DNA of 64,000 nt. It comes from Octopus vulgaris (taxonomy: Eukaryota). Each line of letters starts with the position of its first letter. Position 1 is the stretch's first letter. The stretch covers positions 119,226,001-119,290,000 of the forward strand of contig OX597814.1 in the NCBI GenBank assembly GCA_951406725.2, in the 5' to 3' direction. Below are positions 1 through 13,670 of the stretch, in pieces. The notes under the pieces are model-generated. The model made no database searches and had not been told where the DNA came from. It saw nothing but the letters and a program-made list of their open reading frames with translations. The translations under genes were made by a program, and so were the position numbers.

Positions 1-1
1 C

Positions 2-270
2 TTTTCCTCAACAGGCCCTGCCCTATTTAACATTGTCCCGAGGGAAATCAAAGAGGAAAAGGATCCCATCAACTTTAAACGGAGTCTGGATAGATTCCTT
101 CAAAGAATACCAGATAAGCCACCCATAATTGGATACAACTCACCCAACAAGAACTCACTACTTGAATGGACCATAAACAAAACTTGACTTAAACAGGATT
201 CGAATAATCCTATCAGGCGGTGCTATTAAGTTAGACATGGCCTGGACCAATCTTTGGTCGAAACATATCT
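2..270 (+). mobile_element. 3' end of a CR1-like non-LTR retrotransposon (ORF2 C-terminus plus 3' UTR)
   Basis: Frame 2 reads FSSTGPALFNIVPREIKEEKDPINFKRSLDRFLQRIPDKPPIIGYNSPNKNSLLEW..*(stop 185-187), the GPxLFNxLP..FKxxLDxFL..IPDxP pattern of CR1-clade ORF2 ends. The 3' UTR (gtgctattaagttagac...gaaac) matches the minus-strand copy at ~37010-37385. Confidence 0.75.
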
Positions 271-754
271 AAGTTTATATATATTTATATATATATATAT
301 AATATGAAACTAAAATTAATGGCATGTTTTGTAATATTTTTGCATTTTTATTTGATTTTTTTCACATTATATCGTGTTCAAATATAAGCAACAGGAGTCT
401 TTTAAAAATTATTAGTAATATCATACCTAGCTATGTGTCATTACTCACATTATTAGAAACAAAACTTAGAATTTATGGAATTTTCTGATATTTGAAACAA
501 GAAAACCAAAGTCAAATAATTGATATTTTTATCTTATAATGGCACAAGTAAAATGACAGAATTTGTGCAGATATTTTCTAACTTTAGACCAATGCCTCAA
601 TTGGACCATTCACATTAAATAAATTCTTCAAAATTGAGACTTGCTGATATTCACATGAATATCAAGTAAATTTATCGACTGCTATTTCCAGTAAACAGTG
701 GCATTTTGTTGTACCTCTACTCTCTTTCTCTTTCCATCTCTCTCTTTCTCTCTC

Positions 755-758
<4 letters not shown>

Positions 759-835
<77 letters not shown>
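759..835. repeat. (TA)n microsatellite
   Basis: Direct inspection. Confidence 0.95.
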
Positions 836-868
836 GAATTGGTTTCAAGTGTTTAAAATGTTATGTAA

Positions 869-1149
869 ATGTGAGTGGACAAACGAAAGAAGGGCACGCA
901 ACACGTTTATTGGAGCACGTTACACGTATGGAGCAAAACAGTTTCATTAAAATTCATTGGTACTCCGAATTTCAAGTGTGATGCTAATCTTCAGCCATTG
1001 GAGATTTGAAATTCAAATTCCCAATGCCTGACGATTAACATCACGCTTGGAACTCGGTGTACCAAAGAATTTGAATCAAACTGTTTTGATCCATACATGT
1101 AAGTCTCAATAAATGTGTTGCGTACTCTTCCTTCGTTTGTCCACTCTCA

Positions 1150-1152
<3 letters not shown>
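869..1152. mobile_element. Fold-back element (~140-bp imperfect inverted arms) with a decayed hammerhead motif in each arm
   Basis: gagtggacaaacgaa...atttgaa|a|ttcaaat...ttcgtttgtccactc, centre ~1011. CTGACGA at 1028-1034 (+); CTGAAGA at 988-994 (-) followed by GAAA at 970-973 (-). Confidence 0.8.
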
Positions 1153-1209
<57 letters not shown>

Positions 1210-1245
1210 TATATACACATATATATATACACATATATATATATA

Positions 1246-1297
<52 letters not shown>

Positions 1298-1309
1298 TAT
1301 ATATATATA

Positions 1310-1362
<53 letters not shown>
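1153..1362. repeat. Compound (TA)n/(CA)n microsatellite
   Basis: Direct inspection; source of the YIYI/HTHT pseudo-ORFs. Confidence 0.95.
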
Positions 1363-1364
<2 letters not shown>

Positions 1365-1400
1365 CGTTAGCGCGAAGCAGTGTTTTCGTATTAATCATAA

Positions 1401-1811
1401 TTAAGGTTAGTTGAAATATGGTTTTCACATATTTCAAGAGCTAAAAGGCAAATGCACTGCAGTTTCCGCAGAGAAAAAGTCTCGCTTATGGTAAAAGGTG
1501 TCAAAACATTAGGTTCGTTCAATATCGCCAAACATTAGGAATCCCAGATATCGTATTAACCGAATTACATATAAAGGTACGGCTTTATTAAGTTCGTTCA
1601 GAGTTGCCTCTCTTGGGTACATCTCATTGGAATGAATAGAAAATCTTGAAACATCGATGTTTGGGATTCCTAATAAATGACGACACAGAATGAACCAGGT
1701 GTTTTCACACCTTTTTACCATAAGAGAGAGTTTTCTCCACGGTAACTTCAGTGTTTCTACCTTTTAACAGTAGAAATATGTGACAAACATTTCAAGTAGC
1801 CTAAATTCTGC
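1401..1811. mobile_element. Non-autonomous element with ~150-bp terminal inverted repeats (copy 1)
   Basis: Left arm aggttagttgaaatatg...ggaatcccaga is the reverse complement of right arm tttgggattcc...cctaaattctgc. A second copy lies in opposite orientation at 27893-28303. Confidence 0.8.
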
Positions 1812-1813
1812 CC

Positions 1814-1875
<62 letters not shown>

Positions 1876-2411
1876 GTGTGTGTGTGTTTTGTTTCCCGTC
1901 GAAGCTTCTATGTTGATTAAAAAAAACTGTGTGTGTGACTGTCGAGTTATAATAAAAACAATGTCATATTAAACCAAATGATTAGTTTTTGTTGAATACT
2001 CACTTATCTATAATAGTTTTAAAAAATTGGAGGTGGTTGTAACTTCGTAATTTTGTACTGTTAGCCTGCACGTAATTTGTATAAAAGTGACTGCGATAAA
2101 TTGAATTAAATTACATTACTGTTGATATATTGACAAAAACTAATTTAAAAAGGTAATAATGCATTGTAATGATAATCTACATATATCAGAGATAAAAAAA
2201 TGGGCATGGAAACGGAAGTTTTTCAATAATTTCATGAAACAGATGCAATAATTTGTATGCGTTGAGGATTCTTTATTATTACATATTGTAGACCTTTTGT
2301 CTCATGTTTGAATGTCAGCAATTTTCTTCGTTTCACTTATATTCTCATACGTTGCCCAATAACCTTTTTTCCAAAGAATGATATTCCTCTAAGACAGGTT
2401 ATATATGATGG

Positions 2412-2584
2412 GAGTGAGTGAGTGAGTGGTTGAGTGAGTGAGTGATGAGTGAGTGTTTGGTTGTATGAGTGAGTGAGTGACTGAGTGCGTGATTGAATGA
2501 GTGATTGGGTGAGTGAGTGAGTGGGTGAATGAATTTAGTATGTGAGGGGGTGTATGTCTGGGTGAGTGAGTGAGTGAGTGAGTG
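2412..2584. repeat. (GAGT)n tetranucleotide array, degenerate
   Basis: Direct inspection. Confidence 0.9.
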
Positions 2585-2967
2585 GAAGACGACAACATGT
2601 TCAAAAGAAGTTTGCACCCAAAATATGCGATCCCCGATTTTGAAACCACTGCATATATTACCATAATTCGACCCAAGTCGTTGAGTAAAACTAGACGGAA
2701 CACGCACGGAAACTGTTCGGTTGGATTGTAACGGTGATTTATATGTCACAATGTGTCACTCTTATTCATCTTCGATTTACGTAAAGGCGACACGTTTTTT
2801 GTGGAATGTGCAGCCTTTTACACATATATTCGACGAACAAGTAGTTTGGTTGATCAAAAACCTTAATAGTGATTCGCAACTACGACGAATATACAATACT
2901 ACGTATATGTGCATAGACTAACATGCAGGTACGGGCACACACACATACACACACGTATATATAACTT

Positions 2968-3066
<99 letters not shown>

Positions 3067-5409
3067 CACACACATATATATTTATATGTCAACTGCTTAT
3101 GTATATATATATATATTAGAAGGTCTGGAGATGATGTACAGGTATTTTATATTAGAAGAAATGAGGCACTCAGAAATTCGGATGTTTTTATATTTACATA
3201 TATTTATTTGTGTTACATGCTTGTTATATATCATATATCATATATATGTGTGTATATATATATATAAGCAGTTGACGCTTCACGACTACTGTCTCAAGTT
3301 CCCTTTTATTGATCTACTGAAAAAAGTATTAACACCAATGAACGAACAAATGAATAAGCCATGAAAGAGGGTTTGGAAACCGAACTAGAAATCGGATTTG
3401 TTGTCAAAGTCATGCCCATTGTGATGTATAGGTATATATTTAGATAACAATATGTGTGAGTGTGTGTAGGTGGAAGGATGGATGGATGGATTGCTGTGCA
3501 GTTATGGTGTACGATGATAACATGAAAAATACAATAATTGTGATTTTCTATTTCCATCTAACTGGAAATTTTTCATCCGGAATCACATGATTTCGTTCCG
3601 GGTAAACATATCTCTCAGAAGTCACACATTATATGTTACAAATAATAGGACCTTACATTTTACATGAAACAATGTAATTGTTTAGTATTGCTTGGTTTTA
3701 CAAAACCTAACATTCATATAGACCTAAAACTTGAAGGTCAGTAGGTGTAGGTTCCTAATAACCAATTCCACATATGTTGTTTTCGTCTTCGGTCTTTTCG
3801 TTCGAAAATAGACTACAGCTACAATTTACAATTTCTCAGCAATTCTCTAGGCAGGAAGGAAATGGAAGTCTCCGGCAAATTAATTCCAATATAAGATGAA
3901 ATGAGAAAACAGAACGCTGGAGATAAAGAGATATGTTCAATGAGTGAAAACTAAGTCATATAAAGATAGCAAGCCAAGAAATGAGACAAACATTTTAATA
4001 GAAAAGACGAAATTTGGCAGAAAGCCACAGCTTACACCAGTGTGTGCCATGTTTATATATTGTGTCTTTGTATAGTATTGAAGATACAAGCACAAAATAC
4101 TTCTTCATACTAAGGAATATATTTCAGGTTTGGGAAAAAAATTTGATAGATTTTGCTAATTGTGTTTGGTAAGGCACTAATACCAATTTACATAAATATT
4201 GGTAAATCTAATCCAATATCTCTCTATATAAGTAGAATGTCGTTAAGCAAATTTAATCAAAGAAATCGAAGTAGAATGATGAAATAAGAACACCATTCAC
4301 ATGAGACTAATTTATTTATACAGTGATATATATGTTAAGGACTGCGATGTAATTTCGAGATTATTGTTGTGCTTACAAACGCTGACTAAATTATTTAACT
4401 CCGGTCGAAAGTGTAATTTTCGTTTAAATAGATTTTAATTAATTTCAAATAAGGCGCGGTTTTGTGTTAGTTGGACGTTGCTGTACATTACCAAAGATCT
4501 CGTCTTCTCGATCCCGAATAAAGACTCTCAACATCATTTTAGGTTTCAAGGGTTCACAATTGTTCGACATTCTAACGATCAATCACAGAGATCAACGAGG
4601 TGTAGATGTGTAGGTCTTCACAAAACCTCTGAACAAATTTTTATCTGTAATACCATACGAAGACACATTACGGCACGAGGCACAAAAAGCAGCTCCGTCC
4701 AACTAGCTGTTTCACCAAAAACAATACTGAAAAAACACCCAAACACATTGAAAGGTGTTGATCTACTATGGCCATAGCTTCTGGCTGAAACCAATAAAAG
4801 AATAAATGTTCCTCATCCGTATAAAGATTTTAATATACCATAGGAATTGAAATTTAAAAAAAAATATTATTCTTCCGTATAGGTTTTATAATATATTTCT
4901 GCAATCAATGTTTAGTTGCGGAACTACTGGCATTGATTACATTATTTTACTGAAAGAAACCAATAAATTTCGACCTTATTATGTAAGAGAAGTATATGTG
5001 AGATTTGTAATTTACAGTCCCAGACGGAAAAAAAAAATATATATATATATATATTATTATTCAAGAACAATAGTACAAATACCATTATCATTCGAACAAT
5101 TTTAAAATAATTTATAATTCTATTAAAGTCATACAATTAGCATTATTCTCAGACTAATTAACATTTTGCAGCTACATCTGTCAAGGTTTTAGTGGATGGT
5201 GTGCAGACATGTTGGGGAATATCTTTTTTGTGCATTTGATCTATTGTAACGAACCTAACACTTAATACCGTTTGGAAAATATATTGTCGATCACCAATAA
5301 CCAAGTTTCTATTTTACGGTTCTGAAATCAATGTATGCGACTTGGTGCATTTGTTTATTCTCCATTAGTTTACTCAACACTAAGAACGACAATACTAGAA
5401 CTGATACTG

Positions 5410-5449
<40 letters not shown>

Positions 5450-6395
5450 CGATGAAGATTTCTAGCATAGGCACAAGGCTAGTACTTTGGAAGGTAGATG
5501 TTTAATCGATTACATCAATTAGTGTGGTACTAGATATTTTCTCCTGAGAAGTAATACATACTGTTGAACTGGACAGAATTTTAACTCAGAACAGAGGGAG
5601 CCAAAAGAAATACTGTAAATCATTTTCTCCGACGTTCTAACGATTCTACAAGAACCTTGATGTTATTTATGCTCAGATCCTCAAGAGCCGTAACTAATAA
5701 TCAGAAGGCGTTTCGTCTTACAGTCTAACAGTTCTATAGCGGTTTAAATGAGAATTGCACGTTCCGTAGATGCTCATAATTCTTTTTTTAACGTACAAAT
5801 TTCTAGACTTTCATAACAATGTTGTGTTAACTGAAATATTTCAATTATGTCTTGAATGGCGTTCCATACTTAAGTTTATTGAAAGTGCCGCACTTAAACA
5901 TGATATATGAAATGTTAAACATTTCATTAAGGCGAGGTAACTTCCAGTACATGTGTGCTCGAAATCTGTGATGCTTGAAGATGACTCCTTTCTTAACTAA
6001 GACTCTGGAAGCCAGAGACAACGTGATTAAATGTTTCCGCATCTTCTCAACACTTTCTGCATTTATTTGATGCATTCTGTTCATATCATACATTTTACAA
6101 ACGGATGACATTAATTTTGCGCCACAATGAATAATCTTACATCCTAAGCTTTGCTACATGCGCTTCTCTGTTGTTGGAATTTCATTTGTCTTTGTCAGTA
6201 GCGTAGCAAGAATATGTTCCGCCCGGTGTTGTAATTGAGTTTGCTGCAACCCTTTCGAGTTACCCAAGCCCATACAGGCTTATACACCTGATCCAAAAGT
6301 GCTGCCCTCATAAAAGTGTCGCACCGGGTGATCTGCCAGCTCCCTCACCACCCAGCTATGTTATTGGTCTCTGTCTATATGAGTTTTCTAGCTCA

Positions 6396-6628
6396 AGGGC
6401 GGCGAGCTGGCAAAATCGTTAGCACGCCGGGCGAAATGCTTAGCGGTACTTCGTGTGCGCTACATTCTAAGTTCAAATTCCGCCGAGGTCGACTTTGCCT
6501 TTCATCCTTTCGGGGTCGATAAATTAAGTACCAGTTGCGCACTGGGGTTGATGTAATCGACTTAATACCTTTGTCTGTCCTTATTTGTCCCCTCTATGTT
6601 TAGCCTCTCTGTCGGCAATAAAGAAATA
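6396..6628 (+). mobile_element. tRNA-headed SINE, family B (ggcggcgagctggc...gcctttcatcctttcggggtcgat...), with perfect 20-bp target-site duplication
   Basis: B-box-like gttcaaattcc; TSD tatatgagttttctagctca at 6376-6395 and 6629-6648; many homologous copies in the window. Confidence 0.9.
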
Positions 6629-6659
6629 TATATGAGTTTTCTAGCTCATGGACTCAGTC

Positions 6660-7160
6660 GCTGTTTTCTTTGCCTTTCTCTAACGGGGCATTCTGTAGTT
6701 CTATCAATAAATTACATTTAAGACATTTTCTTGACTCCTGCAACTGTTTCTCTCTTTTCTCGTTATAACTCTGACATTTCAGTCTCTGCTTTGTACTTGT
6801 TGCCCTCCTTCAAAACCAAAAAAAAAATATTATTCGTGTTTTGTATGCGACTTCTAGTTTTGTATTGCTTATATCTTGGTACTTCCAGTTTTGCTGGCCG
6901 ATACCAAGATATATTGATTTTAATTATTTAAATATGTTCAGGTTTAGATTTCCATCTGATGCATGATATATTTACAATTTTCTATTTTTAAGTCTTCCAC
7001 ATATTTTCATTGAAATTTGTGCTCGCTTTTGTTATACTGCTGTATTTTTATAACATCTTATGACATTTCCCTCTAATTTGCGGGTCTTGAAAATTAACAT
7101 CCAATATTTAGTATATTGTTGTTTACACCAGGAGCAAGTTTATTATTACTGGTGATGACA
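6660..7160 (-). mobile_element. Highly decayed CR1-like LINE RT fragment
   Basis: Minus-strand fragments such as WMLIFKTRK and ..KLEV..resemble the CR1 RT C-terminal region; frame broken. Confidence 0.35.
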
Positions 7161-10100
7161 ACTTTTGCGTGTATCAATCATTAGTACTTTTTATGCATAG
7201 AATTCACAATACGAATTCCTCGTTCCACCTTGGGTTGAACTGCATGAGTTTTGTGTGTATGTGAGTGTTATAATCTTTTTAGTGGTGAAAAGGCTTCATT
7301 CGAATGTTAATATGAATCGTGCTGCGATTCATTGTTCACACAAAGTGTCATATCGCCAACTGCTATGAACAATTTTAATACTTTAATTATATGAGACAAT
7401 GATCAAGATTATTTTTCTTTACCGATCTTATTAATTATCCTTTAGCATTTTGATCACTGTATTTTCTTGATCTGTTTCGTTGGCTTTTTGATTCTTTGCT
7501 ATTGGATTCTGTTCGGAGAAGTCAAGGAGTGTCGTTGCATGTTAAATGTTCCTAGGTCATCGTCATCATCATCATCATAATATATCGTGGTTACGGTCGC
7601 CGTCATCATCATGATCATCGTCATAATATTTTCAACTATTTTACGCCAGCGAACCATTTTCATTTATTATCGCATAAATGTGTTTTACTGCAACAACTGT
7701 ATATCGATTTCTTTCTTGTATTATTTTCGAATTTCGTCGGTTGTGTAGGGTATGTGCTATGTCAGTTGTATATTTGTTTCGACTGTGCTTTATCATTAGT
7801 AAAATATGTTTTCGTGTTCTTTGACAATTGTGTATAGCTTATACTAGGTGGGCAATGCAGTGTAAGTAGCTTAGTAAACAATGCACACTTATGAGTGTAC
7901 TATTGCATAGAAAAGTTCATACGCGAACTTCTCTATAGTTATATGTAAATATGAGCACTGGTTATATACAGAAGGGTTAAGACGTATGTGTCGATCTGTA
8001 CAATGAAAACTATGATACTTGAATGGAAATGAAAAAGTGATTATATTTGGTTTAAAACCATAAACGAATGAAAGTAGCTATTTTATGGCAGCACAAGAAT
8101 CCCTTGTTCTAAATTAAAGTAAAATAGCGTGATATCTTGAATCTACAACTTTCTAATCTGTTTAACACTTTGAGATATCTTCTCAGCCATTCTTCTCCAC
8201 TTACAATTAGATACTTGCATAATCACACACAAAGCATACGTAGAGATATTGCATTCATATCTTCCAACAATTTCCATGCCACAGCTGCATAATTATTTCA
8301 ACCTCACACCTAAGAAAGCGACTTCAAATAATACTCTAAAACTATCAGTTCTCAAATCCCTGCTGTGTCTTATGAGTGCTCTCTAATATTAGAAAGAAAC
8401 AATCATCACACTGAACATCATTCACATACACAGCAGACCATAATTTGTGTAATTTAGTAGAAAATACCAACAACATTTACATTATATGTTGTAGAAATGC
8501 AAAATGTAAACGACACTGTGAAGCTCAAACCCATTAATGGTACACGCAATCCAGAAAATTAACATTAAAAATGCTAAAATGAAATATTAGTTCCATCCTG
8601 GATTATATCGGTTCAGCTTCGGTTTCTCAGTGTCTCGCCAACAAAGCACATAAAAATGTCAAGACACATACACATAAAATAGTCAGGCAAGATTTACTGA
8701 TACGTTTAAATGGCCAGTAAATAAAAGCATATCTCACTATCTGTTGAAATATATTACCTATTTTTTGTTCTTTTTTGTCGGTGTAATCATTCGGTAGTCC
8801 AATGAAATGTGTTTCAACTACTCACTAATTCAATATCAATGACAGTTCTTAGTAATAGTTCGAAATAATGTTTCAATGGCAAATAATTCTATGTGTATGA
8901 ATATAATATATTATAATTGATACCTACAGAGTAACAATTCCTTCTATCACTACCCTATAAGAAGTAGTGGCCGCTATTTTCTGGCATACTGAAAAGTCAA
9001 CACTTGCCTGCATTTCAGAGTATATTGTGTCATCCGCCCTATATCAATTTAGATGTAGCTCGTACGTAAACAGTCTATCTCATCTCTGCGTATGTCAACG
9101 AGGTACTTATACTTGGTCACATGAAATGCTAGCATCTTCTCACTTAAATTACATCCTCTTACCTAGAAGGAGGAATAAACACATTGGATACTAATGCCCT
9201 AGATAGAGCATAATAAAAAACAATATAGTATGAGCTTTGATAAGATTACATTAGATATGTAGGTATCTACCGTTAAACAAGAAATGGGTTTTCCTAGATA
9301 CAACTTATCTGAAAAATAAACCATCTCGGTTTTGCTTCAAAAAGTGGTATCAAGGTATACATGTATTTTTAGTAAAATGTATTAGAATTTTATTGAATTC
9401 CAAATTAAATTGTTACCATTTTTTCTTTTATCAAGAGAAGGGAATTATGACAGTGAGACATTCCTATGCATTTTCATTTCCAATTTTGGAATATCTCATA
9501 GAAATATAAAATTTTGAGTTATTTTCTCGTGTACATGTAAATATTTGTTATTGTAAAAAATATGGGGAACTATCATTAACATTTAATTAGAGATGGCTTG
9601 AAATAGCTTTCATTACACTACCAAATGATAAAGCTCACATAGTAAAGTAATAATACAGAATAATTCTGTAAGAAATATAAACTTCAACAGTTGGTGATAT
9701 ATAATTATTTTCATCGGTCTTCTAAAACACACAGAGAAATCCTGTATGACGATTTGATATGTTCTTTGAATTGTTTCATAAAGAAGCAGGTGAAATTGCA
9801 ATAAATGCACGCGCTTATTGCTCACTGGAAGTCGAATATCGGGCATGGATACTTCGATACACAACCAAAGCAACCTTAACACATTTTCTATTCTTTTGTC
9901 TTTCTCTAGCGAATGTACTATATTTTTCTTATCCAGTGTTTTCAGAACAACGATACATTATCCCATCGGGTTTAAAACAAATGGGTATCTTGATGCATAA
10001 GATAAGACTAGGAGTATATTTTATACCCTCTTCCTAACATCGTAACATGGGACGATTGATTTCTTATGATGTTATATCTATGTAACAATACATTCATTTA

Positions 10101-10266
10101 GTTGGCAGCTGATTTCCTTCCTGAATTTTTATATTGCACAGTACTACATGCAATAAATAAAGCAAATTAACCTTAATAAGATAATTATACATCTACAAGT
10201 ATTTGAAAATAGAACATTAAATTATACCTAATAGTTTCAAATTTTATGGTCTCTCACCTATCTATC

Positions 10267-10323
<57 letters not shown>

Positions 10324-10325
10324 AA

Positions 10326-10375
<50 letters not shown>

Positions 10376-11487
10376 TGTGTGTGTTTCTCTAAAGTTGATG
10401 CAATTTCTTATTTTGTTTCACTAACTGGGATGCAAGAAATATGTTCAATCTTTTAATTGATCTTGTTTCTGCAAAGTGGAACCATCTGCGCAAAGCATAT
10501 TTTTACGAACTATGTTGCTAATTGAGATTTTTCCTCTGGCACTAGAAATAAAGAAATTAACATTTTAGCACAGAAAAAATACTAAAATCTATGAGATCAA
10601 ACGCAACTGTTACTGACTGAAATTAATATTCTTTGTCTACAATCAATTGTAAAGCCTTTCTTTGAATAAATGTCGGTGATATAATAGTCGTCTTTAATGA
10701 AGTATAGCCATAAGCAATTATGTATAATGATAGTAATGATAGTTACTGAAGTCTTCTGACTCCAGTGCCAATCTTCGTGTTGAAAAGTTTCGAAGTCTTC
10801 TGTAATCATAGATGGGTTAAATCATTAAGTAGACTGCTGATATAATTAGCAGGGAAAACTATGCTGGCGACCTATGAAATATAATTGTACAGCAGAGACT
10901 GATTATTGGATACTGTATTAAATATAACACTCAAAATCTAGTAAAATATCCTTCAAAATTCTAAGAAAGGGCCGGAAGCAACATTCTATGTAATCTGTAA
11001 ATCGAGTAAAAGTATATAATTAGATGAATGGCACTGTAAATAAATACTATAGAAAAATAAACAAATGTGTGTACGTTTAAAATGACTTGAAAAAATTGAC
11101 GTGGAAGGAAGACAAATTTTAAACTGTAGATGTCAATTATTATTATTATGTATTTAATATTTTCTTTGTAGTAATTCTTCTACTTCTACTTCTTCTGCTT
11201 CTCCTCGTATGTGTATGTGTCTTATTGTACATGATATAAATATTTTTGCTGACATTCCCAAACAGCACGCTTTTATTTCATAAAAATAAACCCTTCACAA
11301 TGCAGAAATAATAACTTTGTTGGACAGTAATGTATATTACAGTTGCATATGCGGATGTGAAGCAGAAACGGGTTGATATCGGATCTGAGTTATTCCTGCT
11401 TGGAAAATCCTTGTATTTTTTTTATAGCTAGGACAACGTTAGCCAAGTGTCTATCCTTCTTCATGTTGCTAAATATGTAAAGACTAA

Positions 11488-11940
11488 TTTTTTTACTACC
11501 CACAAGGGGCTAAACATAGAGGGGACAAACAAGGGCAGACAAACGGATTAAGTCGATTACATCGACCCCAGTGCCTAACTGCTATTTAATTTATCGATCC
11601 CGAAGTTGTTAAATATGTAATGGTTTCCCTCACAAGCGTTGCATCAGTGAACATTAAATTCTTAATTTGCTTCCAAATACGATTAAACTTTTCATTAAAA
11701 GTCACCTTCATTACAATTAATTACAATATTGGTTTCAAATATTGGCACCAGACCAGCGAATTCAGTGAAGTGGGGTAATTCGATTACATCGTATCCAGCG
11801 TCCAACTGTTACTTATTTTATCGACCCCGAAAGGATGAAAGGCAAAGTCGACCATGGCAGGATTTTGAACTCAGAACGTAAAGACGGGCAAAATGCCGCT
11901 AAGCGTAAAGTTCAGCGTGCTAACGATTCTGCCAGCTTCA
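11488..11940 (-). mobile_element. Two partial family B SINE copies
   Basis: Reverse-complement matches to 6396-6628 at ~11488-11603 and ~11730-11940. Confidence 0.85.
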
Positions 11941-12083
11941 CGTCATCACGACTAATTACAATATTACAAATGAAACAATCGAGCTACGAAAATGGGAAGG
12001 TAATGCTTTTCAAATGCCATCCTCAATTTTCTCCGAAAATATGTTTTTCAATATGGTTTGCAATATAGTTTTCAATATAGTTT

Positions 12084-12302
12084 AGGGCAGCGAGCTGGCA
12101 GAATCGTGCGAAATGATTAACGGTATTTCGTCGCCGTTACATTCTGAGTTCAAATTCCACTTAGGTCGACTTTTCATTCTCCTTTCGGGGTCGATTATAT
12201 AAGTACCAGTTATGCACTGCGGTCGATGTAATCGACATAGTCCCTTTGTCTTTCCTTGTTTGTCCCCTCTTTGTTTAGCCCCCAGTGGTCAATAAAGAAA
12301 TA
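12084..12302 (+). mobile_element. Family B SINE
   Basis: Full-length similarity to 6396-6628. Confidence 0.85.
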
Positions 12303-12320
12303 AATATAGTTTGCAAAAGA

Positions 12321-12619
12321 AGGCGTAGTAGTAGCTGTGTGGTAAGTAGCTTGCTTACCAACCACATGGTTCCGGGTTCAGTTCCACTGCATAGCACCTT
12401 GGGCAAGTGTCTTTTACTATAGCCTCGGGCCGACCAAAGCCTTCTTAGTGGATTTGGTAAACGGAAACTGAAAAGAAGCTCGTCGTATATATGTATATAT
12501 ATATATTTGTACGTGTGTGTATATGTTTTAGTGTCTGTGTTTGTCCCCCCTATATTGCTTGACAACAGATGCTGGTATGTTTACGTCCCCGTAACTTAGC
12601 GGTTCGGCGAAATAGACCG
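12321..12619 (+). mobile_element. tRNA-headed SINE, family A (aggcgcaggagtggctgtgtggtaag...), 3' truncated
   Basis: A/B-box-like head (gctgtgtggtaag...gggttcagttcc), internal TA/TG tract; matches the complete copy at 30537-30950. Confidence 0.9.
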
Positions 12620-13670
12620 TATGGTTGCTGTTTGACAACGGGGAAAAGGCTCGCCAGTTTTCGAGTCACCCTTTAGAAGGCAAGGAAATTTTGTTTCTCC
12701 CGTCATATTGTGGAAGAAAATTAATACGAGCCTGGGTATGTGGGCTCCCCCCGGGCACCGAAGCGGGTTGGATTGAAGATACCATCCGACGGGGACTTGG
12801 GGATGGCGGGCCCAGGCTCTTAAATGTAAGGGTATTGCCGGCGGTCGATTGGGAAGGGTCAAAAGCGATTTTGGCCCTGTGGACCCCATCGGCCGTTACA
12901 GAACTGGTTTTTCCAAATTTCTTGAAAATGGCCGGCTGCAGGTATCCGGTGATACAATAGGTGCAACAATAGTTGCCCGCCGAAGGAACCTAAGGCTTCG
13001 GGAGGTGGGGGAGAGTCTCCGGACAAGGCGGAAGAGCTCCAATCTCCCGAAGCCAGGAATAAAAGAAAAAAAAGAAAGAAGAAGAACGGGTCATCTCCTC
13101 AGGGAGATGATGTACCGACTGCATGCCCCGAAGTTGTGCCACCCACGGTGGAAGAAACCACCCCACCCTTAAAGATGATCAATTGATTATCTTTTTCTAC
13201 AAGGGTGGGAACGTGGAAAAATAGTAGAAGAACATAAAGAAACAATAGATATGCCCTTCACACGGGATCCCGAATGGCCTCCGCAGATAGCTGTGGAGGT
13301 CATAAGGCTTCCCTTGTGGGAAAGGCTTAAAGGATTTGGGGAGGAGTGTCGCATATGGCCGGGTGGCCCTTACACGACTTACATGTCCTACATGAGTGAG
13401 GCATGGGAAATGGCGGGATACAGGAACTCAAGCGGCATTGAAGATAATGATGAATATATCGCTGGATATATCGAAGAGTAGGAGGTGAAAGACCCTCGTT
13501 ACAGAGTTTGAAACCTCACCTTATTGGACTATTTTGTAGTGGTTTATAACCTCAATTTTGTGCTTTAAGAAAGAAAAAAGAAAATATGTTAAGTAAGAGG
13601 TTTTAGTGCCTCCTCCTTGTAAAAGGCTTGAAACCTTATATTGATTAAAAAAAAAAAAAGAAAATATGTT
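12620..13670 (+). mobile_element. GC-richer decayed retroelement with ORF1-like (gag/RRM-type) coding remnant and A-rich tails
   Basis: ORF 12625-12960 (..FLPSYCGRKLIRAWVCGLPPG..FPNFLKMAGCRYPVI) resembles the LINE ORF1 region before a zinc knuckle. Further broken ORF at 13251-13481. A-rich tail at ~13567-13580 and poly(A) at 13647-13659. Confidence 0.5.

Noticed and set aside
240-266. gacca-atctt-tggtc-GAAAC stem in the LINE 3' UTR as a ribozyme
   Set aside because: No CUGANGA core in either copy; better explained as the usual LINE 3' recognition stem-loop.
5845-6111. 88-aa minus-strand ORF as a further receptor exon or transposase
   Set aside because: No recognisable iGluR motif or convincing splice context; any transposase similarity is too weak to call.
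9613-10037. Overlapping 60-92-aa ORFs as downstream iGluR exons
   Set aside because: No similarity to the expected next ATD segment (GLxxLQ..) in the frames I could check.
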